Below are positions 42,840 through 64,000 of a stretch of 64,000 nucleotides of DNA, one piece after another (positions within the stretch are counted from its first letter, which is position 1; every line of letters begins with the position of its first letter). The DNA is from the human T2T-CHM13v2.0 reference genome, Homo sapiens: the NCBI RefSeq assembly GCF_009914755.1, contig NC_060925.1, one strand, 5' to 3'. Both the position numbers and the translations under genes were made by a program. Under the pieces are notes generated by a model, which searched no databases, was not told the DNA's origin, and saw only the letters and a program-made list of their open reading frames with translations.

Positions 42840-44889
42840 TTTTTTTTTTTTTTTTTAAATTTAATTTTTTTTTTATTGATCATTCTTGGGTGTTTCTCAC
42901 AGAGGGGGATTTGGCAGGGTCATAGGACACTAGTGGAGGGAAGGTCAGCAGACAAACAAGTGAACAAAGGTCTCTGGTTTTCCTAGGCAGAGTGTTTGTG
43001 TCCCTGGGTACTTGAGATTAGGGAGTGGTGATGACTCTTAACGAGCATGCTGCCTTCAAGCATCTGTTTAACAAAGCACATCTTGCACCGCCCTTAATCC
43101 ATTTAACCCTGAGTGGACACAGCACATGTTTCAGAGAGCACAGGGTTGGGGGTAAGGTCATAGATCAACAGGATCCCAAGGCAGAAGAATTTTTCTTAGT
43201 ACAGAACAAAATGAAAAGTCTCCCATGACTACTTCTTTCTACACAGACACGGCAACCATCCGATTTCTCAATCTTTTCCCCACCTTGCCCCCTTTTCTAT
43301 TCCAGAAAACCGCCATCGTCATCATGGCCCATTCTCAATGAGCTGTTGGGTACACCTCCCAGACGGGGTGGTGGCCGGGCAGAGGGGCTCCTCACTTCCC
43401 AGTAGGGGCGGCTGGGCAGAGGCGCCCCTCAGCTCCCGGACTGGGTGGCTGGCCAGGCGGGGGGCTGACCCCCCCACCTCCCTCCCAGACGGGGCGGCTG
43501 GCCGGGAGGGGGCGCTGACCCCCCCCTCCACCTCCCTCCCGGACGGAGCGGCTGGCCCGGCGGGGGGCTGAGCCCCCCACCTCCCTCCTGGATGGGGCAG
43601 CTGGCCAGGCAGAGGGGCTCCTCACTTCCCAGTAGGGGCGGCCAGGCAGAGGCGCCCCTCACCTCCCGGACGGGGCGGCTGGCCGGGCGGGGGGCTGAGC
43701 CCCCCACCTCCCTCCCGGACGGGGCGGCTGGCCGGGCGGGGGGCTGACCCCCCCACCTCCCTCCCGGACGGGGCGGCTGGCCGGGCGGGGGGCTGACCCC
43801 CCCACCTCCCTCCCGGACGGGGCGGCTGGCTGGGCAGAGGGGCTCCTGGCTGGGCAGAGGGGCTCCTCACTTCCCAGTAGGGGCGGCCGGGCAGAGGCGC
43901 CCCTCACCTCCCGGACGGGGCGGCTGGCCGGGCGGGGGGCTGAGCCCCCCACCTCCCTCCCGGACGGGGCGGCTGGCCGGGCGGGGGGCTGACCCCCACC
44001 TCCCTCCCCGCCGGGGTGGCTGCCGGGCGGAGACGGTCCTCACTTCCCAGACGGGGTGGCAACCAGGCGGAGGGGCTCCTCACTTCTCAGACGGGGCGGT
44101 TGCCAGGCGGAGGGTCTCCTCACTTCTCAGATGGGGGGCGCCGGGCAGAGACGCTCCTCACCTCCCAGACGGGGCGGCGGGGCAGAGGCGCTCCCCACAT
44201 CTCAGACGATGGGCTGCCGGGCAGAGACGCTCCTCACTTCCTAGATGGGATGGCGGCCGGGACGAGGCGCTCCTCACTTCCCAGGTGGGATGGCGGCCGG
44301 GCAGAGAAGCTCCTCACTTTCCAGACTGGGCAGCCAGGCAGAGGGGCTCCTCACGTCCCAGACGATGGGCAGCCAGGCAGAGACGCTCCTCACTTCCCAG
44401 ACGGGGTGGCGGCCGGGCAGAGGCTGCAATCTCCGCACTTTGGGAGGCCAAGGCAGGCGGCTGGGAGGTGGAGGCCGTAGCGAGCCGAGATCACGCCACT
44501 GCACTCCAGCCTGGGCACCATTGAGCACTGAGTGAATGAGACTCCGTCTGCAATCCCGGCACCTCGGGAGGCCGAGGCTGGCGGATCACTCGCGGCTAGG
44601 AGCTGGAGACCAGTCCGGCCAACACAGCGAAACCCCGTCCCCACCAAAAAAACACGAAAACCAGTCAGGCGTGGCGGCGCGCGCCTGCAATCGCAGGCCC
44701 TCGGCAGGCTGAGGCAGGAGAATCAGGCAGGGAGGCTGCAGCGAGCCGAGATGGCAGCAGTACAGTCCAGCTTTGGCCCGGCATGAGAGGGAGACCGTCG
44801 AAAGGAGAGGGAGAGGGAGACGGGAGAGGGAGAGGGAGACGGGAGAGGGAGAGGGAGACGGGAGAGGGAGAGGGAGAGGGAGACGGGAG
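42840..44889 (-). mobile_element. Full-length SVA retrotransposon (SVA_D-like)
   Basis: Minus strand: CCCTCT hexamers (44804-44889), Alu-like domain, VNTR (~43353-44410), SINE-R, AATAAA (42872-42877), poly(A). Confidence 0.97.
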
Positions 44890-44892
44890 GTG

Positions 44893-45254
<362 letters not shown>

Positions 45255-45301
45255 TAGAACTTAGTCACATGGCCATGTCTAACCGCAAAGGAGTGGGGAA
45301 G

Positions 45302-45486
45302 TAGGTTCCTAGATAAAATACAGCATGCCCAGTTACATTTGAATTTCAGGTAAACAAGTTATTTTTCAGTATAATTACATTCCAAATATTGCTTGGGACG
45401 TACTTCTAAGAATTTCTTCCTTGCTTAATTGAAATTCAAATGTAACCAGCATCCTGTATTTTTATTTGCTATATCTGGTAGCCCTA
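45302..45486. mobile_element. MER53-like palindromic DNA transposon
   Basis: Imperfect whole-element palindrome; flanking GGGAAG duplication. Confidence 0.75.
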
Positions 45487-45905
45487 CTGGGAAGTGAAGT
45501 CTGGCTGTGAGTTCAAGAAGAGAACACAGATAATTGTATGTTACAGTCTGCCTTTCTGAGCCAAATACCTGTTTCTCTTCACAGAATACACTTACCCTTG
45601 CCCAGGGGAAATAGCCCCAAATCCCATCTAGTCACTGTATTCAGCTCAGAGTCTCTCAGTCAGCTTCAGTGTGGTTCCTTATGGTGATTTGTGAACTGAA
45701 AAAGCAAGGTATCTGCACTTCACAAACATACCCAGTATACATTGGTAGAGCAAGAAAAGGATAGCCTCAATACAAACTCCCAGTCAGAAAAGGAAAGCAT
45801 GGAAGAAGTGCCACAGTCACTGGTCCAAAACAGTTTTGAATTCCCACTGCTCAGGTAGGTCAAAGTCCCCGTCCCTGGACTGCAGGGAGTTCCTGGATTA
45901 GAACT

Positions 45906-46868
<963 letters not shown>

Positions 46869-47024
46869 TGAGATTGGCTTTGGGGATTATGACCTTCTCC
46901 TTTGCGAATTATGACCATTCTCCTTGGAGAATGCTCAGGTGTCACCAAGCCACTTCCTACTGGTGAAAACAAGGGAGCCTAAAGTTATTTTAAGTCTCAA
47001 CTAGTCAGACTGTGTATGTATGTG

Positions 47025-51025
<4,001 letters not shown>

Positions 51026-52229
51026 GAAATTGGTACTAGGAGTGGCCCCAGGAAAAAGACCCCAAAAGATGGGATTAGGAAATCAGCTTGGCTGTGTCAT
51101 TGGGTTTGAATGTGCTGAGCTCCTTGCCAATGAGAATGTGATCCATAGCATGCTGTGGCCTCATAATTAATGAAATCATCGCCTGTGGTTATTTGTGATG
51201 AAGTGCCAACCAAAGGAAGTGTCTCGGGGGCCCAAATGGTGGTTGCACTAACTGTTATGGCAGTGATAATGACTATAGGGACTATGATATGGGACCGATT
51301 CTTCCAGTTGCATCATGGGCCTTGCAGGAAAAAAAAAAAAAATTACCAGCTCAGGTCTTTAAACTCTCAGCTGAACTCGTGGTCAGAGAACTGTAGGGCT
51401 TCTCTAATAGCCATAAAATAATCTCTTATTTCCTGTAGCCACCAGACTGATTTGCTACAAATAAAACATGAAAATTGTGCATATTGCAGAATTCCATCAG
51501 CTGAATTCAGTTTAACTAAGTCTTTCCTGTGATTCAGGAGTAGGACCCTGAAACTTGGAATAAGGACATCTGATTTGACTCAGACAAATGTGAAAATCTT
51601 AGATTTATCCTTCTCTTTGAGCTTCTTTTGCTAGTAGAAGCATCTTGTTGACTTGTGTCTCAGGAAACCTGGCTTCCCTTGCTTGAAAAATCTTGTAATA
51701 ACTTCTGGGGCAGGATATATACCTTGCAAAGATATGCCATTCTCCCCAAGATCCACCCAAGCCACCCCTTGTTGCCACCAGACCCACAACTAGGATGCAA
51801 TCTCAGCATTCTCCAAGGAGGCAAGTAGAAAATCTGACTCAGAAGGAAATAACTTACACATCACAATCATTTCAAGATTTTGCTGACATATAGACAGAAA
51901 TCTGGGGAATACACATGGGAGTGGATTCTTAGAATGTTAGACCTATAAGGATGAAATATAACACAGGACTGAGCCAAATGTATTGATGTGTATGCACTTG
52001 TCAGAGATTCTGAATTTAAAGTGTTACTTCACATAGCTGCAAGTGGCTCTAATGGCTTACTTGGTTGGTTGACTGAAAATCTGACTTAATGTTATTTCTG
52101 TTATTTTATTTTATTTATGTATTTATTTTTGAGATAGGGTCTTGCTTTGATGCCCGGGCTGGTACAATTTCAGCTCACTGCAGCCTCGACTTCCCAGGCT
52201 CAAGCAAGCCTCCTGCCTCAGCCTTCTGA

Positions 52230-52550
<321 letters not shown>

Positions 52551-52553
52551 TGA

Positions 52554-52814
<261 letters not shown>

Positions 52815-53650
52815 TGAACTTTGTGTCCTCTCTGTCTCCCAAGAGGGCCCAGAGGACACTCTGTTCACCCCAGCATTGAGAAATGTATTGGTGAGGGGAG
52901 CATCTGCATTCTCAGAAAGCTCTGTGGGGACTCTCCTCTGTGATTCAAGAATGATAGTTGGAAATTCTGCCATTGAGATGGGCTCCCTAGTTTCAGTGGA
53001 GACGAGAGGATCTCAGAGTATCAGAGGCCAAGTAGTAGTGCTTAACCGACAAAGACAAGGTAGATGCATTTGCCATCAAGAGCAGTAGAGTCTTTGTGAG
53101 AATCTAGTGGCTAGAAATAAGATTTGAATCACCAACAATGGGGAAGCATGGCCTCTTATCCAGTTTTTAGACCTAAGTCAGTTAACAGACCTAGAGCCCC
53201 TTGATTGAAAGGGAGGCCAAGTCCCCTTAAGAAAGGACCCAGCAACACTGCCGAAATATATATGGTAAATTTTCCCTCAAATTTTCTTCATAACATCTAT
53301 AACCCTTTTCTAGAGCAACTGTGCGGTGGGGAAAAGGAAACATCCAGACCTTTAGGGGATTACTAAATATTGGCTCTGAACTGATGCTAATTCCTGGGGA
53401 CCCAAAATGCCACTGTGGCCTACCAGTTAAAGTAGGGGCTCTTGGTGGCCTCTTTGGACATATCTTGGGGTTATCTCCCAAGTTTCTGAATTTATAAGTG
53501 GAATTGACATATTTAACAACTAACATGGGTTCAGTTGGCTCTCTGACCCATAGAGTAAGGGCCCTTATGGTGGGAAAGGCCAAGTAGATGCCTCTGGGCC
53601 TTCCCCCTCTCTGTGAAGACAGCAAACTAGAAGTAAACTGCATACCTGGG

Positions 53651-54660
<1,010 letters not shown>

Positions 54661-54791
54661 TTGGAGGAGTTGCAGATATTAGTGTCACCATCAAAGACTT
54701 GAAAGATGCTAAGGTGATGCATTCTGTCATTTTCCTATTTAACACACATGTTTGGCCAATAAATAAGGCAACTGGATCTTGGAGAATGAAA

Positions 54792-55062
54792 GTAGTCCCG
54801 GGTACTCAGGAGGCTGAGGCAGGAGGACTGCTTGAGTTCAGGAGTTCTGAGCTATACTGCACTATTCTGATAGGGTGTCTGCACTAAGTTTGGCATCAAT
54901 ATGGTGATCTCCTGGGAGCGAGGGGCCGCCAGTTTGCCTAAGGAGGGGTGAATCAGCCCAAGTCAGAAATGGAGCAGGTCAAAACTCCTGTGATGATCAA
55001 TACTGAGATAGCACCTGTAAATAGCCACTGCATTTGAGCCTGGGCAACATAGTAAGACCCTG
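54792..55062 (+). pseudogene. 7SL (SRP) RNA pseudogene, 5'-truncated
   Basis: Contains the 7SL S-domain absent from Alus (gcactaagtttggcatcaatatggtg...gcctaaggaggggtgaa...gagcaggtcaaaactcc). Confidence 0.92.
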
Positions 55063-55085
55063 GTGCTTGTCATAAAAAAAAAAGT

Positions 55086-56308
<1,223 letters not shown>

Positions 56309-56714
56309 TTAGAGCCCAAAGTACACTTGCACAGTCTTGCCTGAAGTTTGTGTCAACTTCTTGGTTCTCTGTCATGATGTAGTCCACAGAGACCTTGATT
56401 ATCTTGACCTAGCACGTAACAAAGAAGTAGAAAGTACTTTTAGATGCCTTAATAAAACATGAAATAAAGGATGGGAGGGAAATATCACAAAAACTCATGG
56501 GCCTGGTACTTCAGAGAACTATCTGGTGGTCCAAATTCTGTAAATCGGCTGGGCACGGTGGCTCAAACCTGTAATCCCAGCACTTTGGGAGCCCAAGGCA
56601 GGCGGATCACTTGAGGTCAGGAGTTAGAGACCAGCCCGGCCAACATGGTGAAACTCCGTCTCTACTAAAAATACAAAAATTAGCTGGGCGTGGTGGTACA
56701 CGCCTGTAGTCCTA

Positions 56715-56982
<268 letters not shown>

Positions 56983-57197
56983 TTAATTATAAAATAAATA
57001 TAAGATGAATATATTTATAAATAATTTGTAGTTATACATACACATATATAAATATATAAATAAATACATGTATATAATTTTCTCTTCTCCTTTTATTATT
57101 TTATGCAAATTTTGTTTAACTTTACAATTCAGTTTTAAGTAATAGCATTTCCAGACAGGAAAGTGACTGATTTTGAGGAGTTATTAACATATCCCAG

Positions 57198-57431
57198 GGC
57201 AGTGCGGAGCCGGGACAGTCGCGGCGCTGACGCCCGCGGGCCCCAGCTGCAGATATGAAGCGGAGCCGCTGCCGCGACCGACCGCAGCCGCCGCCGCCCG
57301 ACCGCCGGGAGGATGGAGTTCAGCGGGCAGCGGAGCTGTCTCAGTCTTTGCCGCCGCGCCAGCGAGCGCCGCCCGGGAGGCAGCGGCTGGAGGAGCGGAC
57401 GGGCCCCGCGGGGCCCGAGGGCAAGGAGCAG
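57198..57431 (+). pseudogene. MAST2: Transduced MAST2 exon 1 fragment (59 N-terminal codons)
   Basis: MKRSRCRDRPQPPPPDRREDGVQRAAELSQSLPP...GPEGKEQ; CpG-rich. Confidence 0.92.
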
Positions 57432-58591
57432 CCGCCTGCCTTGGCCTCCCAAAGTGCCGAGATTGCAGCCTCTGCCCGGCCGCCACCCCGTCTGGGAAGT
57501 GAGGAGTGTCTCTGCCTGGCCGCCCATCGTCTGGGATGTGAGGAGCCCCTCTGCCTGGCTGCCCAGTCTGTAAAGTGAGGAGCGTCTCCGCCCGGCCGCC
57601 ATCCCATCTAGGAAGTGAGGAGCGCCTCTTCCCAGCCGCCATCCCATCTAGGAAGTGAGGAGCGTCTCTGCCCGGCCGCCCATCGTCTGAGATGTGGGGA
57701 GCGCCTCTGCCCCGCCGCCCCATCTGGGATGTGAGGAGCGCCTCTGCCCGGCGGAGACCCCGTCTGGGAGGTGAGGAGCGTCTCTGCCCGGCCGCCCCGT
57801 CTGAGAAGTGAGGAGACCCTCTGCCTGGCAACCACCCCGTCTGAGAAGTGAGGAGCCCCTCCGCCCGGCAGCTGCCCCGTCTGAGAAGTGAGGAGCCTCT
57901 CCGCCCGGCAGCCACCCCATCTGGGAAATGAGGAGCGTCTCCGCCCGGCAGCCACCCCGTCCGGGAGGGAGGTGGGGGGGGGTCAGCCCCCCGCCCGGCC
58001 AGCCGCCCCATCCGGGAGGGAGGTGGGGGGGTCAGCCCCCCGCCTGGCCAGCCGTGCCGTCCGGGAGGGAGGTGGGGGGGTCAGCCCCCCGCCCGGCCAG
58101 CCGCCCCGTCCGGGAGGTGAGGGGCGCCTCTGCCCGGCCACCCCTACTGGGAAGTGAGGAGCCCCTCAGCCCGGCCAGCCACCCCGTCCGGGAGGGAGAT
58201 GGGGGGGTCAGCCCCCCCACCCGGCCAGCCGCCCCGTCCGGGAGGGAGGTGGGGGGGTCAGCCCCCCGCCTGGCCAGCCGCCCCGTCCGGGAGGGAGGTT
58301 GGGGGGTCAGCCCTCCGCCCGGCCAGCCGCCCCGTCTGGGAGGTGAGGGGCGCCTCTGCCCAGCTGCCCCTACTGGGAAGTGAGGAGCCCCTCTGCCCGG
58401 CCAGCCGCCCCGTCCGGGAGGGAGGTTGGGGGATCAGCCCCCCGCCCGGCCAGCCGCCCTGTCCGGGAGGGAGGTGGGGGGGTCAGCCCTCCGCCCGGCC
58501 AGCCGCCCCATCTGGGAGGTGAGGGGCGACTCTGCCCGGCCGCCCCTACTGGGAAGTGAGGAGCCCCTCTGCCCGGCCAGCCGCCCCATCA

Positions 58592-59131
58592 GGGAGGGAG
58601 GTGGGGGGGTCGGCCCCCCGCCCGGCCAGCCGCCCCGTCCGGGAGGGAGGTGGGGGGGTCGGCCCCCCGCCCGGCCAGCCGCCCCGTCCGGGAGGGAGGT
58701 GGGGGTGTCGGCCCCCCGCCCGGCCAGCCGCCCCGTCCGGGAGGGAGGTGGGGGTGTCGGCCCCCCGCCCGGCCAGCCGCCCCGTCCGGGAGGGAGGTGG
58801 GGGGGTCGGCCCCCCGCCCGGCCAGCCGCCCCGTCCGGGAGGGAGGTGGGGGTGTCGGCCCCCCGCCCGGCCAGCCGCCCCGTCCGGGAGGGAGGTGGGG
58901 GTGTCGGCCCCCCGCCCGGCCAGCCGCCCCGTCCGGGAGGGAGGTGGGGGTGTCGGCCCCCCGCCCGGCCAGCCGCCCCGTCCGGGAGGGAGGTGGGGGG
59001 GTCGGCCCCCCGCCCGGCCAGCCGCCCCGTCCGGGAGGGAGGTGGGGGGGTCGGCCCCCTGCCCGGCCAGCCGCCCCGTCCGGGAGGGAGGTTGGGGGGT
59101 CAGCCCCCCGCCGGGCCAGCCGCCCCGTCCG
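58592..59131 (+). repeat. 49-bp GC-rich VNTR array (~11 units) in SVA_F1
   Basis: Units start at 58592, 58641, 58690, 58739...59082. Confidence 0.93.
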
Positions 59132-59465
59132 GGAGGTGAGGGGCGCCTCTGCCCGGCCGCCCCTACTGGGAAGTGAGGAGCCCCTCTGCCCGGCCACCAC
59201 CCCGTCTGGGAGGTGTGCCCAACAGCTCATTGAGAACGGGCCAGGATGACAATGGCGGCTTTGTGGAATAGAAAGGCGGGAAAGGTGGGGAAAAGATTGA
59301 GAAATCGGATGGTTGCCGTGTCTGTGTAGAAAGAAGTAGACATGGGAGACTTTTCATTTTGTTCTGCACTAAGAAAAATTCCTCTGCCTTGGAAAAAAAA
59401 AAAAAAAAAAAAAAAAAAAACATATCCCAGAGATAGATAGAATGACTGTTGAGAGTCCGCATTTC

Positions 59466-62703
<3,238 letters not shown>

Positions 62704-62992
62704 GACACCAACAGTGGCCAACCATATCCTACTCTGATTCTTTCCAACTCCTTCCCTTATAGTTGCAGGGTGAGTGGGCATAGCATTTACCTTCCACATT
62801 ATTGAAGATGACAATTTTACCAAATATTTTGCTACAGCATAATAGAGATCTCCAGCCATCCAGCCTGGTTTACTTAATCTAGTATATGGCACTGAATTAA
62901 AGATCAGGCAGTAATCCACTGCCTGGCCATTAATTCAGTGCCATATATTTTTGTTTTTATTATATCGACATCCCACTCCTGATACAACTTTC

Positions 62993-63370
62993 TGTATTAA
63001 TAAGGATCAGTTAATTGCTGTAGTAAACAACCTCTCAAACTCATTGGCTTATATAACAAAACTGTATTTCTTGCTCACTTCAGTGTTTAATATGTTAGTC
63101 ATAGTAGAGGAAAGGTCTGCTCTGCACAATTATGCAGGGACCCAAGTTCCTTCCATCTTGTGGCTCCACCCTCTTCTAGGTTCTCAGAATCTCCTCTACT
63201 CTGCTAGCAGATAGGAAGGAGGGCAAGGATCAGCACCTGGGAGATTTGTGGGCCATCCTGGGAGTAGTACCTTTCACTTCCACTAGCTAGAATTCATTCG
63301 CATGGCCACATCTGTCTGTTAAAGAAGCCGGGAACTATAGGTATTGGTGAGAACAAGAGGTTTATACTAC
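62993..63370 (-). mobile_element. MaLR (MLT1K/L-like) LTR, partner of 42633-45540
   Basis: Shared blocks with the left LTR; adjoins MaLR-internal-like sequence 62704-62992. Confidence 0.6.
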
Positions 63371-63638
63371 ATTAAATGGCTCATTGGTGACATTTACGAT
63401 AAGTTTTAGGGGAGTGATGTAGACAGGGGCCAACTTGTAAAAAGTTAGGAAATCATAGGGGATGAGGGATTTTGCCATGATGCCCAGGCTGATCTCGAAC
63501 TCCTGAGCTGAAGCCAGCTGCCTGCCTCAGCTTCCCAAAGTGCTGGGATGGCAGGCATGTGCCACCATGCCCTGCCTGGTAGCAACTCTTTAATATGATC
63601 CTAATGATAATGAGAAAGATAAATCTGAACTAAGGTGA

Positions 63639-64000
<362 letters not shown>

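Larger units (their letters stand above)
57198..59418 (+). mobile_element. SVA_F1 (MAST2-SVA chimera), truncated in SINE-R
   Basis: MAST2 exon 1 (57198-57431) joined to the SVA Alu-like region, then VNTR, partial SINE-R and poly(A); TSD AACATATCCCAG at 57186 and 59419. Confidence 0.96.

Noticed and set aside
58592-59131. Regular repeat array resembling CRISPR
   Set aside because: No unique spacers; eukaryotic SVA VNTR.
57135-59249. Long Pro/Gly/Arg-rich ORFs (170-275 aa) on both strands
   Set aside because: Produced by the stop-poor GC-rich SVA VNTR; not genes.

Overview
Human genomic DNA, recognised from the encoded proteins as the ARID1A-PIGV locus (1p36.11). Bases 812-22060 hold ARID1A coding exons 5-20 (+ strand; ARID domain in exons 11-12, C-terminal BAF250 domain in exon 20) and its 3' UTR. 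A CpG island at ~27400-28400 drives PIGV (+; coding exons 30771-30848, 34068-35189, 37518-37799; 493 aa). Beyond ~40.7 kb the sequence is almost all nested transposons: a MaLR (MLT1-type) element with two LTRs encloses an ERVL provirus with two LTRs and protease/RT remnants. These in turn contain an L1 fragment, MER53, a 7SL pseudogene, dozens of Alus and two SVAs. One SVA is full-length and sits in an AluY tail. The other is an SVA_F1 carrying transduced MAST2 exon 1, an expanded VNTR and a prematurely polyadenylated SINE-R. I found no demonstrably new gene or system. The best leads are the MAST2-SVA chimera, candidate poison exons in ARID1A, a dense miR-101/miR-144 site cluster, a chimeric AluYb8, and an Alu-flanked stop-free PIGV exon 3. 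Exon numbers, repeat family names and variant names come from recalled knowledge, not a database search.
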